This document shows, piece after piece, positions 1-11,020 of a DNA stretch of 32,000 bases. The position numbers were made by a program, and so were the translations under genes. The stretch is taken from the NCBI RefSeq assembly GCF_000014785.1, contig NC_008340.1, forward strand, positions 2,250,001 through 2,282,000. Reading direction: 5' to 3'. The DNA is from Alkalilimnicola ehrlichii MLHE-1 (GTDB lineage Bacteria > Pseudomonadota > Gammaproteobacteria > Nitrococcales > Halorhodospiraceae). Position 1 is the stretch's first letter, and each line of letters begins with the position of its first letter. The notes under the pieces are model-generated. The model made no database searches. It saw only the letters and a program-made list of their open reading frames with translations, and was not told where the DNA came from.

Positions 1-1690
<1,690 letters not shown>

Positions 1691-1742
1691 GCCGCGCAGT
1701 CTCAACCTTGGGTGAGCGAATGGGATTGGGTGACCGGGCGCC

Positions 1743-2879
1743 TCAGCGGCCCTCGGCCGCCATCAGGTCAATGAACCGGTCGAACAGCGGTTGCACGTCC
1801 CGCGGCCCGGGGCCCGCCTCCGGGTGTCCCTGGAAGCTGAAGGCCGGCCGGTCGGTCCGGGCCACGCCCTGCAACGAACCGTCGAACAGCGACCGGTGGG
1901 TGGCCCGGAGGTTGTCCGGCAGGCTGTCCTCGTCCACCGCGAAGCCGTGGTTCTGACTGGAGATCATCACCCGGCCGGTATCCAGGTCCTGTACCGGGTG
2001 GTTGGCCCCGTGGTGACCGAACTTCATCTTCACGGTGCGGGCACCGCTGGCCAGGCCGAGCAACTGGTGGCCCAGGCAGATGCCGAAGGTGGGTCGACCG
2101 GCCTCCACCACCTGGCGGATCGCCTCAATGGCATACCCCAACGGCTCGGGATCGCCGGGCCCGTTGGAGAGAAAGACCCCGTCCGGGTTCATACCCAGCA
2201 CCTCGTCGGCGCTGGTGCGCGGTGGCACCACGGTCACCCGGCAGCCGCGATCCGCCAGCATGCGCAGGATGTTGTGCTTGATCCCGTAGTCCCAGGCCAC
2301 GACGTGGAAGCGGTCCGCCGGCTGGTCGCCCGCATCGCTGACCCCCATACCCAGGGCCCAGCTGCCGCGACGCCATTCGTAGGGCACCTCGGTGCCGGCA
2401 TCGGTGGCCAGATCCATGCCCTTCAGGCCGGGGAACTCGCGGGCGGCGGCCAGCGCCTTGTCCTCGTCCACCTCGCCCGCCATCAGGCAGGCGTTCTTGC
2501 TGCCCTGCTCGCGCAGCAGACGGGTGAGCTTCCGGGTGTCGATGCCGGCGATGCCCACTACGCCCTGCTCGCTGAGCCAGCCGGAGAGGTCCCCGGTGGC
2601 CCGCCAGTTGCTCATGCGCGGGGGCACGTCGCGCACCACCAGCCCGGCCAGGCGCGCCCCGCTGCTCTCCGGATCCACCTCATTGGTGCCGGTGTTACCG
2701 ATATGGGGGTAGGTCAGGGTGACGATCTGCCGCGTGTAGGAAGGATCGGTGGCGATCTCCTGATAGCCGGTCATGGCGGTATTGAACACCACCTCACCGG
2801 TCACCAGGCCGTCCACCCCGATGGACCGGCCGCGAAAAACCGTGCCGTCCTCCAGTACGAGAATAGCGGGCGTGCTCAA
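1743..2879 (-). CDS. carA: carbamoyl-phosphate synthase small (glutaminase) subunit
   Basis: ORF 1743..2927. The translation contains [60 protein letters not shown] and the GATase nucleophile motif [10 protein letters not shown] place the start at the in-frame TTG at 2877-2879, which has AGGAGG 4 nt upstream and gives 378 aa. From memory, E. coli carA also uses UUG. The GTG at 2927 has its purine-rich stretch directly abutting it. Confidence 0.93.
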   Translation of the reverse strand: MSTPAILVLEDGTVFRGRSIGVDGLVTGEVVFNTAMTGYQEIATDPSYTRQIVTLTYPHIGNTGTNEVDPESSGARLAGLVVRDVPPRMSNWRATGDLSGWLSEQGVVGIAGIDTRKLTRLLREQGSKNACLMAGEVDEDKALAAAREFPGLKGMDLATDAGTEVPYEWRRGSWALGMGVSDAGDQPADRFHVVAWDYGIKHNILRMLADRGCRVTVVPPRTSADEVLGMNPDGVFLSNGPGDPEPLGYAIEAIRQVVEAGRPTFGICLGHQLLGLASGARTVKMKFGHHGANHPVQDLDTGRVMISSQNHGFAVDEDSLPDNLRATHRSLFDGSLQGVARTDRPAFSFQGHPEAGPGPRDVQPLFDRFIDLMAAEGR

Positions 2880-3109
2880 GAGACCTCCTGGTTGCGCGCG
2901 CAAAAACGGGAGGGAATCCTTGGACACCCTCCCGCTCTTAGATGACTGCCATTCGATGTGGCGGGGATTTTACCGCCACCCGATAGCGCATGTCCAACGC
3001 CGCTTACCCGGCGAGCGCCTGCCACCGAACCCGCCTGCATCTCATGTAAGATGCGCCGGTTATCATCACACGCTTGGCAACCGTTTCATCCGCCACGACA
3101 AGGGGTGTC

Positions 3110-4036
3110 ATGACCGCGCTGTCGCTGACCAATATCAACAAGATCTACGATGACGGCACCATCGCCCTGCGCGATATTCACCTCCGCGTCAGTCGAGGGG
3201 AGTTTTTCGGCCTGCTGGGGCCGAACGGCGCTGGAAAATCCACGCTGATCGGCATCGTCAGCTCCCTGGTGCGCAAGAGCGCCGGCCAGGTCCGGGTGTT
3301 CGGGCACGACCTCGACCGGGACCCGTGGGGGGCCAAATGCAACCTGGGCCTGGTACCGCAGGAGTTCAACTTCAACAACTTCGAGACGGTCGAGCAGATC
3401 CTGCTCAACCAGGCCGGCTATTACGGTGTGCCACGCCGCCTGGCGCGCGGGCGGGCGGAGAAATACCTCAAGGCCCTGGGGCTGTGGGACAAGCGCAACA
3501 CCGTCTCGCGCAACCTCTCCGGGGGCATGAAGCGCCGGCTGATGATCGCCCGCGCCCTGGTCCACGAGCCGGGCCTGCTCATCCTCGACGAGCCCACCGC
3601 CGGCGTGGACATAGAACTGCGCCGCTCCATGTGGGACTTCCTGCGCTACATCAACGACGAGGGCGTCACGATCATCCTCACCACCCACTACCTGGAGGAG
3701 GCGGAGAGCCTGTGCCGTAACCTGGCCATCATTGACGGTGGCCGGATCATCGAGAACACCGACGTACGCAGCCTGCTGCGCACGCTCTCCACCCACAGCT
3801 TCATCCTCGACCTGGTGGAGCCGTTGGCGGAATTGCCCACCATTCCCGATTACCGGCTGAAAAAGCTCGATGACTACACCGTCGAGGTGGAGGTGGACCG
3901 CCACCGCAGCCTGACGGAACTGTTCGCCCAACTGGATAAGCACGGCATCCGCATCGCCAGCATGAAGAACAAGGCCAACCGCCTGGAGGAGACCTTCATG
4001 CGGCTGGTGCAGAAGGAGGAGTCCCAAGGTGCATAG
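3110..4036 (+). CDS. yadG: ABC-2 type transporter ATP-binding protein (YadG-like)
   Basis: Walker A GPNGAGKST, signature LSGGMKRRL and Walker B LLILDEPTAGVD are present. The ATG at 3110 gives 308 aa; the track ORF starts at an upstream TTG at 3074. The stop overlaps the GTG start of the permease gene by 8 nt (GTGCATAG). Confidence 0.9.
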   Translation: MTALSLTNINKIYDDGTIALRDIHLRVSRGEFFGLLGPNGAGKSTLIGIVSSLVRKSAGQVRVFGHDLDRDPWGAKCNLGLVPQEFNFNNFETVEQILLNQAGYYGVPRRLARGRAEKYLKALGLWDKRNTVSRNLSGGMKRRLMIARALVHEPGLLILDEPTAGVDIELRRSMWDFLRYINDEGVTIILTTHYLEEAESLCRNLAIIDGGRIIENTDVRSLLRTLSTHSFILDLVEPLAELPTIPDYRLKKLDDYTVEVEVDRHRSLTELFAQLDKHGIRIASMKNKANRLEETFMRLVQKEESQGA

Positions 4037-4811
4037 CTCGCAGCTCCAGCGGTCGCTGATCTCGCTGCAGACCCTGGCCTGGAAGGAGACCCATCGTTAC
4101 CTGCGGATTTGGGTCCAGACCCTGGTACCGCCGGCGATCACCATGACCCTCTATTTTGTGATCTTCGGCAATCTCATCGGCCCGCGCATCGGCCCCATGG
4201 AGGGCTATTCCTACATGGAGTACATAGCGCCGGGGATCATAATGATGGCGGTGATCACCAACAGCTACGCCAACGTGGTGTCGTCCTTCTTCGGCGCCAA
4301 GTTCCAGCACCATATCGAAGAGGTACTGGTCTCACCCACGCCCAATTACATCATCCTGCTGGGCTATGTTGCCGGCGGCGTGGGGCGGGGCCTACTCACC
4401 GGTCTTATCGTGACCATCGTGGCGCTGTTCTTCACCCGCCTGCCGGTCAACAACCTACCCATCACCATCTCGGTGGTCTTCCTGACGGCCGTGCTGTTTT
4501 CCCTGGGCGGCTTCATCAACGCCGTATTCGCGCGCAAATTCGACGATATCGCCCTGATCCCCACCTTTGTGCTGACACCGCTCACCTACCTGGGCGGGGT
4601 CTTTTATTCCATCAACCTGCTGCCGGATTTCTGGCAGGGCGTCTCCATGGGCAACCCCATACTCCACATGGTCAACGCCTTTCGCTATGGGATATTGGGC
4701 CAGTCGGACATCGGCATTGTCACCGCCTATGGGCTGATCCTAGGGTTCATTGTTCTGCTGGGAAGTATTAGCCTGTGGCTATTGCACCGCGGCACCGGCC
4801 TGAGGAGTTGA
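4029..4811 (+). CDS. yadH: ABC-2 type transporter permease (YadH-like)
   Basis: 260-aa polytopic membrane protein. RIWVQTLVPPAITMTLYFVIFGNLIG, SSFFGAKFQHHIEE and TPLTYLGGVFYSINLLPDFWQG closely resemble E. coli YadH as I remember it. It is translationally coupled to yadG. Confidence 0.9.
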   Translation: MHSSQLQRSLISLQTLAWKETHRYLRIWVQTLVPPAITMTLYFVIFGNLIGPRIGPMEGYSYMEYIAPGIIMMAVITNSYANVVSSFFGAKFQHHIEEVLVSPTPNYIILLGYVAGGVGRGLLTGLIVTIVALFFTRLPVNNLPITISVVFLTAVLFSLGGFINAVFARKFDDIALIPTFVLTPLTYLGGVFYSINLLPDFWQGVSMGNPILHMVNAFRYGILGQSDIGIVTAYGLILGFIVLLGSISLWLLHRGTGLRS

Positions 4812-4818
4812 AAAAACC

Positions 4819-6162
4819 ATGGATCCACTGCGCTCGCCCCTGCTGACGGACCTCTACCAGCTCACCATGCTGGAGAGCTATTACGAGCGCGACATGGTCG
4901 CCCCAGCCACCTTCGAGCTCTATGCCCGCAAACTGCCGCCCCACTGCGGCTACCTGATCGCCGCCGGGCTGGAGCAGGCGCTGGACTGGCTGGAGCAGTT
5001 GCGCTTCGGCCCGGAGGAGCTGGCTTGGCTGGATGGGAGCGGCCTGTTCAAACCGCGGTTCATCGAGCGGCTGGCGGACTGGCGCTTCACCGGCGAGGCG
5101 TATGCGCTGCCGGAAGGCACAGCGCTGTTCCCGGACGAGCCCCTGCTTCAGATCACCGCCCCGCTGCCGGAGGCGCAGCTGGTGGAGAGCCGGCTGATGA
5201 ACCTGGTGCAGTTCCAGACCCTGGTGGCCACCCGCGCCGCCCGGGTGGTGGAGGCGGCCCAGGGCCGTCGGGTGGTGGATTTCGGCATGCGCCGCGCTCA
5301 CGGGGCCGAGGCCGCTCTGTTCGCGGCCCGGGCGACCTACCTGGCGGGATTCGATGCCACCGCGACGGTGCTGGCCGGTGCGGAATACGGCATCCCGGTG
5401 ACCGGCACCATGGCGCACTCCTACATTCTCGCGTTCGCCGAAGAGACGGAAGCCTTCAAGGCCTTTATCGAGGCGCACCCCGACAAGGCGGTGCTGCTGA
5501 TCGACACCTACGACACCGAGGCCGCCGCCGCCAAGGTGGTGGAGCTGGCCCGCCAGGGCTACCGGGCCTCGGCAGTGCGCCTGGACAGTGGTGATCTGGC
5601 GGACCATGCCCGCCAGGTGCGGCGCATCCTCGACGATGGGGGATTGACCGAGACGCTGATCCTGGCCAGTGGCGATCTCGACGAATACGCCGTGGCGGAA
5701 ATGGTCGGACAAGGCGTGCCGATTGATGGCTTCGGGCTAGGCACCCGTATCGACACCGCCTCCGAGCAGCCCTTTCTGGAGTGCGCCTACAAGCTGATGG
5801 CCTACGCGGGCGAACCCCGGCGTAAGCGCTCGGAGGGTAAGGGCCACTGGGCCGGACGCAAGCAGATCTGGCGCCACCACGACGCTCAGGGCCGCGTCCA
5901 GGCGGATACCCTCGGGTTGGCGGAGGAGCGCCCCCCGGCAGCCGCCGAACCGCTGCTGCAATGCGCGATGCGCGATGGCGAACGGCTGGTCGCCCCGGAG
6001 TCGCTGGACGTCATCCGCCGCCGCACCCGCGAGAGCCTGCGTCGGCTCCCCGGCCACTGCCGGGACCTGCAACAGCCCACGCCCATCACCGTACACCCCA
6101 CCGATGCGCTGAAGTCAGCGGCCCGGCGAGCGGATCGCGTCACGGGTTATCAGGGGCCGTAG
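4819..6162 (+). CDS. pncB: nicotinate phosphoribosyltransferase (long, ~450-aa class)
   Basis: 447-aa ORF. It has the N-terminal LLTDLYQLTM motif, then DFGMRRAHG, GTMAHSYI and the GLGTRI barrel motifs typical of NAPRTase. GAGGAG lies 11 nt upstream of the ATG at 4819. Confidence 0.85.
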   Translation: MDPLRSPLLTDLYQLTMLESYYERDMVAPATFELYARKLPPHCGYLIAAGLEQALDWLEQLRFGPEELAWLDGSGLFKPRFIERLADWRFTGEAYALPEGTALFPDEPLLQITAPLPEAQLVESRLMNLVQFQTLVATRAARVVEAAQGRRVVDFGMRRAHGAEAALFAARATYLAGFDATATVLAGAEYGIPVTGTMAHSYILAFAEETEAFKAFIEAHPDKAVLLIDTYDTEAAAAKVVELARQGYRASAVRLDSGDLADHARQVRRILDDGGLTETLILASGDLDEYAVAEMVGQGVPIDGFGLGTRIDTASEQPFLECAYKLMAYAGEPRRKRSEGKGHWAGRKQIWRHHDAQGRVQADTLGLAEERPPAAAEPLLQCAMRDGERLVAPESLDVIRRRTRESLRRLPGHCRDLQQPTPITVHPTDALKSAARRADRVTGYQGP

Positions 6163-6240
6163 GGCACCCCCTGCCGATGAGAAATCGGGGCCGCCGGGAC
6201 ACCGCCCAACGGCCCCGCCGCCGGCCGGGACAGCAGCGCC

Positions 6241-6558
6241 TCAGCCGACGCGCAGCTCATCGATATCGCGCCCCTTCTGTTCCCACTCGTTGATCCAGCG
6301 CGGACGGCGCCCGCGGCCCGACCACGTCTTGGAAGGATCCTCCGGGTGGCGATAGATGGCCTTTGCCTTGGCCTTTTGCCCGCTGGCGGGCTGGGCATTG
6401 CCCACCAGTTCGTTGAGCGCAAAACCATACTTTTCGGCTACCGCCTTCAGCTCCCGCTGCGCCTCTTTTGCCTGCTGCTTACGGCGCTGACGGATCTCAC
6501 GATCAATATCGGTTTTCAGCTTATTCAGCTCGCTGACAGAATACCCACTAAGGTCCAT
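6241..6558 (-). CDS. H-NS family nucleoid-associated DNA-binding protein
   Basis: 105 aa. It has an N-terminal coiled-coil (LNKLKTDIDREIRQRRKQQAKEAQRELKAVAEKYG) and a C-terminal H-NS DNA-binding signature (YRHPEDPSKTWSGRGRRPRWI). GAGGAG lies 5 nt before the ATG. The upstream region is AT-rich. Confidence 0.85.
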   Translation of the reverse strand: MDLSGYSVSELNKLKTDIDREIRQRRKQQAKEAQRELKAVAEKYGFALNELVGNAQPASGQKAKAKAIYRHPEDPSKTWSGRGRRPRWINEWEQKGRDIDELRVG

Positions 6559-6753
6559 TGCCTCTCCTCGTTGGAAAACATGGCTTCAGATCAAAGAATA
6601 CGACTTAACGATCCCTCGTTATGAAAGTATTTTATTCCACGGATTACAGCTGCGCAACAAATTGGCAGGTTCGGGCGCAAGATATTATGTGGCGCCCTTC
6701 TTTTGGGTCAATATGACCCGGTTGCGGGCGTCTGCCCCTAACCACCCCGGCGA

Positions 6754-6772
6754 CTATCAATTAACTTGATAG
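6754..6772. promoter_or_regulatory. perfect 7-5-7 inverted repeat (CTATCAA-TTAAC-TTGATAG) in the divergent hns-like / unknown-gene intergenic region
   Basis: Read directly: 6754-6760 CTATCAA, 6766-6772 TTGATAG. It sits in the AT-rich 304-bp gap between the starts at 6558 (-) and 6863 (+). It looks like an operator; the binding factor is unknown. Confidence 0.35.
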
Positions 6773-6862
6773 ACGGCATAAACAGTCCCGTGGACGTCAC
6801 CCACCCTTTCTGTAAGAATTGGCCGCCCAGCCATCAACAACCGGTTCGAGACCCTTATTCCT

Positions 6863-8086
6863 ATGTCCAGCCAACTTTCCGCTATTGCCGCCGTACTCAC
6901 CGTGGAACTGGCCCCCGATGCCGTCGCCCAGGGCTACCAGCCGCCCCGCCCGCTGGAACGCGACCGGGGCGAGGAGTTGGCCTGGGCCCTGGCCGCGGAC
7001 CTGCAGGAGGTCCTCGGCGATCTTCAGGACTACGGGCTGGTGATCCCCGCCGCTCTCTACGATTTGACCGAGATCCTGCGCCCCGGACTGCCGATGGTGG
7101 ACATCCTGATGGAACTCTACCGGGGCGGATTGCAGGGTGGCGCCTTCCAGCCCCAATTAATGGCCATAGGTGCCCATCAGGGGCATTGGCCGGTGGAGGC
7201 CATCGCCCCCGAGCGCACCCCGGGCGCCGGCCCGATGCTGGGCCTGCCGCTGGTATTCATTGGCCCGGCAGAGACAATGGCGGACCTGGAGCGGCGGCTG
7301 GAGGAGCACCTGCTGGAGAAGGGGCGCGCCGGGCTGCGCACGCGGGAGCTGATGGAGAGCGATTTCCAGGTACCGGCGGTCAATCTGGCCTACGCCACCT
7401 TCAACGACCTCTGCGCCATGCTCCGGCTACAGCTGGAGCACCACGGCTTCGCCGAACTCTGGACGCTGCTGCAGGGGGCCCTGTTCCATCCTGAGCGGCG
7501 CCAGGTGACCCGCCTGGACAGTGGCAACGCCTTTTGGCTCGATGGGAGACGGGTCTACACCCCCTTCTACACCGTGGCCCAGTGGCAGGCCGAGCACGGC
7601 AGCGGCCTCGATGGCTATGCCGCCTGGTTGCGCACTCAGCGCCAATACATGGCCGGCCTGGGCGCGCACGGGCTCGAGGTGATCCTGTGCGCTGCGGACC
7701 CGGCACTGGCCGGGGCCTGTGCCAACAAGGGTGTGGCCCGGCTGCAGGAGAAGGCCCTGCCCCATCCGGACCGGCTGCGGGAGAAGGCGGTGGAGAGCCA
7801 GGAGGGCGACCTCACCGCAGCGACCCGGGTGACGCTGACCGAACAGCACCTCCCCGACCTGGGCCCGATCGCCTACACCGCCGAGTTGCACGGACCGGAC
7901 GGCGAACTGCTGCAGCAAGTCCACGATTACCCGCTGCACCCGGGGGCGCTGCAATCGATTCAAGCCGACTGGCAGGCGCGGGCCCAGGGCCTGGGCGCGG
8001 CATTCGAGCTGTTTCGGCCGGGGCGGGTGGTGACCGACGCGCAGGCACCGGGGCAACTGCGCGGCGACCGGCCAGAGGCCCCCTGA
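6863..8086 (+). CDS. hypothetical protein, 407 aa, no recognised domain
   Basis: Long ORF with ordinary, acidic soluble-protein composition. This contrasts with the overlapping Pro/Arg/Gly-rich alternative frames. No TM segment or motif that I recognise, and no obvious SD before the ATG at 6863. Confidence 0.6.
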   Translation: MSSQLSAIAAVLTVELAPDAVAQGYQPPRPLERDRGEELAWALAADLQEVLGDLQDYGLVIPAALYDLTEILRPGLPMVDILMELYRGGLQGGAFQPQLMAIGAHQGHWPVEAIAPERTPGAGPMLGLPLVFIGPAETMADLERRLEEHLLEKGRAGLRTRELMESDFQVPAVNLAYATFNDLCAMLRLQLEHHGFAELWTLLQGALFHPERRQVTRLDSGNAFWLDGRRVYTPFYTVAQWQAEHGSGLDGYAAWLRTQRQYMAGLGAHGLEVILCAADPALAGACANKGVARLQEKALPHPDRLREKAVESQEGDLTAATRVTLTEQHLPDLGPIAYTAELHGPDGELLQQVHDYPLHPGALQSIQADWQARAQGLGAAFELFRPGRVVTDAQAPGQLRGDRPEAP

Positions 8087-8120
8087 GTGCGACAAAGGCT
8101 CGGGGCGGGGGCGACGATTC

Positions 8121-8711
8121 TCAGGGGTTGAGCAGCCGGTGGCACCAGCCCTCGGCGGTGTGCTCGTAGACGTCACGCTCGTGCAGCCGGCCGGGGCGGG
8201 CCCGCCAGAACTCGATACGGACCGGCGCCAGTCGGTAGCCGGACCAATGCGGGGGCCGCGGCACCGCTTCCCCGTCGGGGAACCGGGCGGCGTACTCCGC
8301 CACCCGCTGCTCCAGAACCTCGCGGGACTCCAGCCCCCGGGACTGGTGCGAGGCCCAGCCACCGATCTGGCTCTCCCGCGGCCGGCCGGCCCAATAGGCA
8401 TCGGCCTCCGCCTCCGCCACCGGCGTGACCACCCCCTCAATGACCACCTGCTCGGCCAACGGCGCCCAGTGGAAGCAGACTGCGGCGCGCGGGTTCTCCG
8501 CCAATGCCTGCCCCTTACGGCTATGGCGATTGGTATAAAAGGCAAAACCGCGCTCGTCATAGCCCTTCAACAACACCGTACGCACCTGCGGCCAGCCACT
8601 GGCGCTGCAGGTGGCGAGGGTGCAGGCGGTATGATCCACCACATCCGCCGCTTCAGCGGCCCGGCCATAGACCTCTGCGAATCGGGCCAGGGCCTGCTCT
8701 AGCAACTGCAT
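8121..8711 (-). CDS. pdxH: pyridoxamine 5'-phosphate oxidase
   Basis: RTVLLKGYDERGFAFYTNRHSRKGQALAENPRAAVCFHW, RESQIGGWASHQS and IEFWRARPGRLHERDVY with the C-terminal ...RLLNP are PdxH hallmarks. I favour the ATG at 8709-8711 (AAGGA 8 nt upstream) over the TTG at 8717 used by the track. Confidence 0.9.
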   Translation of the reverse strand: MQLLEQALARFAEVYGRAAEAADVVDHTACTLATCSASGWPQVRTVLLKGYDERGFAFYTNRHSRKGQALAENPRAAVCFHWAPLAEQVVIEGVVTPVAEAEADAYWAGRPRESQIGGWASHQSRGLESREVLEQRVAEYAARFPDGEAVPRPPHWSGYRLAPVRIEFWRARPGRLHERDVYEHTAEGWCHRLLNP

Positions 8712-8790
8712 GTGCAATCCTTTCCGTCATCACGACGGGTCAGCGGGGTCACCACCCCGATGGTTGTTGGCACGGGAATCCCCGTACCGC

Positions 8791-10212
8791 TCAGGTATGT
8801 TGCAACCCCTCGTGGTGGCTGGCCGTCTCCGCCGGAGCGACCTTGACGTTCAGCCCCTCCATATCCACCACCACCAGGGCCTGTCCGGCCTTGACCGGCT
8901 GGTCGGTGAACGCATTCCAGAGCTCCCCCTGGATGCGCACCTTACCCTTGTGCTCGAAATCCGACACCGCCTCACAGCGCGCGCCGACAATGCTGTCACG
9001 GCCGCCCTTGCGTGGCCGACGCCAGGCCCGCAGGGCCATGGTCGCGATCCCCAGCACGATCACCAGGCTGGCGATGCCGAAACCGACGATCAACCCGAGG
9101 GAGACCTGAAAGCCCTCCACGTCGGTATCGAAGAGCATGATCGAGCCCAATATGAAGGCGATCACCCCGCCGATACCGAGGATACCGAAACTGGGCGCGA
9201 AGGCCTCCGCCACCATGAAGCCCAACCCCAGCAGGATGAGCGCCATACCGGCATAGCTGATGGGCAGTGCCTGGAAAGCAAACAGGGCCAACAGCAGGCA
9301 GATGGCACCCAGCACACCGGGGACCAGGCTGCCCGGGTTCATCAGCTCGAAGATGATGCCGTAGATGCCGATCAGCATCAGCATGTAGGCCACATTGGGG
9401 TTGGTGAGCACAGAGAGCAACTGGGTGCGCCAGTCCGGCTCGATCACCTCCAGCGTGGCGCCGGCGGTATCCAGGGTCACCTCGCCAACGCTGGTCTGCA
9501 CCGTCTGCCCGTCCATGGCCTCCAGCAACGCCTCCAGATTGGAGACCCGGTGCTCGATCACCCCCAGCTCCAACGCCTCGCTGGAGCTGGCGCTGGCGGC
9601 CTCGCGCACGGCCTTCTCCGCCCAGTCGGCGTTGCGGCCGCGCAATTCCGCCAGCCCGCGAATGTAGGAGACCGCGTCTTCCAACACCTTGCGCTCGGTG
9701 GCCGAACCGGGGTCGCGCCGGGGCCGCTCTTCAGGTGCCTCGTCATTGCCGTTGGCCGCCTCGTCGTTGTCGTCCGCGGCCTCCTCCTGTTCCGGCTGGC
9801 CGCCCGGCGGGAAGCCGCCCCCGCCCCCAATCTGCACCGGCGTGGCCGCACCCAAATTGGTGGCCGGCGCCATCGCCGCCACGTGCGAGGCGTAGAGGAT
9901 GTAGGTGCCGGCACTAGCGGCCCGGGCCCCGTCCGGCCCGACCCAGGTGGCCACCGGAACCGGAGAGGCGAGGATGTCCTTGATGATGTCGCGCATGGCG
10001 CTGTCCAGGCCGCCCGGCGTGTCCATACGCAGGATGACCACCACGGCGTCGCGCTCCTCAGCGGTTTTCAGACCGCCGGCAATGAAATGGCTGGTGGCCG
10101 GGCCGATGGGGCCCTCCACATCCAGCACCAGGGCCAGCCGGTCCGCGTCCGCGCCCAGGGGCAGTGCGGTGGCCAGATAAAGCAACAGGACTGCGAGGAC
10201 GTTCTTCAACAC
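8791..10212 (-). CDS. NfeD-family membrane-bound ClpP-class serine protease (long form)
   Basis: The protein has a signal-like N-terminus (VLKNVLAVLLLYLATALPLGADA) and a ClpP/SppA-like domain (ILRMDTPGGL, ARAASAGTYILYASH). These are followed by about five hydrophobic helices and a C-terminal OB-type NfeD domain (GKVRIQGELWNAFTDQPVKAGQALVVVDMEGLNVKV). The track ORF extends to the GTG at 10254. I prefer the GTG at 10210-10212, which has GAGGTG 8 nt upstream. Confidence 0.85.
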   Translation of the reverse strand: MLKNVLAVLLLYLATALPLGADADRLALVLDVEGPIGPATSHFIAGGLKTAEERDAVVVILRMDTPGGLDSAMRDIIKDILASPVPVATWVGPDGARAASAGTYILYASHVAAMAPATNLGAATPVQIGGGGGFPPGGQPEQEEAADDNDEAANGNDEAPEERPRRDPGSATERKVLEDAVSYIRGLAELRGRNADWAEKAVREAASASSSEALELGVIEHRVSNLEALLEAMDGQTVQTSVGEVTLDTAGATLEVIEPDWRTQLLSVLTNPNVAYMLMLIGIYGIIFELMNPGSLVPGVLGAICLLLALFAFQALPISYAGMALILLGLGFMVAEAFAPSFGILGIGGVIAFILGSIMLFDTDVEGFQVSLGLIVGFGIASLVIVLGIATMALRAWRRPRKGGRDSIVGARCEAVSDFEHKGKVRIQGELWNAFTDQPVKAGQALVVVDMEGLNVKVAPAETASHHEGLQHT

Positions 10213-10315
10213 AGGGATCCCACCTCGATTACTCCCGCGCGTGGCGTTCCCCACCCGTGGTCCGGGTAGGGCGCGTTCTTAACCCTCAGACAGCGGCGCG
10301 GCCACCGCCGTTCGC

Positions 10316-11020
10316 TCAACGCCAGCGGGCCAGCACCGTCGGCAACCGGCTCAGGTCCGCCAATTCCACATGAGGCAGCCGCTCCAGGTCCTCCGGCCAG
10401 GGTTCGCCCCGGCGGTTGAGCCAAACGGCCCCCATCCCAAAGCGCACCGCGCCCAGCACGTCGCTGTGCACCTCATCACCCACATGGACCATCTCACCGG
10501 GGGCGATGCCGGCCCGATGACAGGCCGCCTCGAAGATGATCCGGCTCGGCTTGGCCGCGCCGACCTCCACCGCTGAGACACTGAAGTCAAAGTACTCGCC
10601 CAAGGCCAGGCGGTTGACGTCGGCATTACCGTTGGTCAGCGCTCCGATCCGGTAGTGACGGCGCAATGCCGTCAGGGTGGGGGCCACGTCGTCATATGGC
10701 ACCACTTCGTGGCGCCCCTCCATGAAGACATGGAAGGCCGCCTCCACCATATCCTCACCATAGCCGCAGGTCAGCGCGATGCGTCGCAGCGACGCACGGC
10801 GCATGGCGCTGACATTGATCCGCAACTCCGGGTGCTCCTCCGCCATACGCAACCGCAGCCGGCGCATGGCCTCCTCGTCGAAATGCTCGCTGACCCGCGG
10901 ATAGCGCGCCGCCAGAAAGCGCTGCATGCGCTGCTCGGCACGCTGAATGACGTGTTCCAAGTCCCAGAGGGTGAAGTCGAGATCGAAGGTGACCGCCCGG
11001 ATCGCGCCCGACTCAGGCAT
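10316..11020 (-). CDS. HAD-superfamily hydrolase
   Basis: HAD motif I is FDLDFTLWD, motif II ALTNG, and motifs III/IV K...HVGDEVHSDV. The ATG at 11018-11020 overlaps the dnaQ stop (11013-11015) in ATGCCTGA. The track ORF's 50 upstream codons lie inside dnaQ and are unlikely to be translated. Confidence 0.8.
   Translation of the reverse strand: MPESGAIRAVTFDLDFTLWDLEHVIQRAEQRMQRFLAARYPRVSEHFDEEAMRRLRLRMAEEHPELRINVSAMRRASLRRIALTCGYGEDMVEAAFHVFMEGRHEVVPYDDVAPTLTALRRHYRIGALTNGNADVNRLALGEYFDFSVSAVEVGAAKPSRIIFEAACHRAGIAPGEMVHVGDEVHSDVLGAVRFGMGAVWLNRRGEPWPEDLERLPHVELADLSRLPTVLARWR

Noticed and set aside
2958-2979. GTGGCGG-GGATTTTA-CCGCCAC inverted repeat in the carA/yadG divergent region, as a possible ArgR/PyrR-type control site.
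   Set aside because: It does not resemble the ARG box (TNTGAAT-WWWW-ATTCANW) or any operator I know. A GC-rich 7-bp dyad is not unusual in this composition.
6186-6217. CGGGGCCG...CGGCCCCG inverted repeat between the convergent pncB and hns-like genes, as a bidirectional terminator.
   Set aside because: The stem is only 8 bp with a 16-nt loop and no U-tract on either strand, which is too weak to call.
6766-7494. 242-aa + strand ORF overlapping the start of the 407-aa hypothetical gene in another frame.
   Set aside because: - Its composition is Pro/Arg/Gly-rich (…GPRCRRPGLPAAPPAGTRPGRGVGLGPGRGPAGGPRRSSG…), typical of an off-frame read.
- The 6863..8086 frame has ordinary protein composition.
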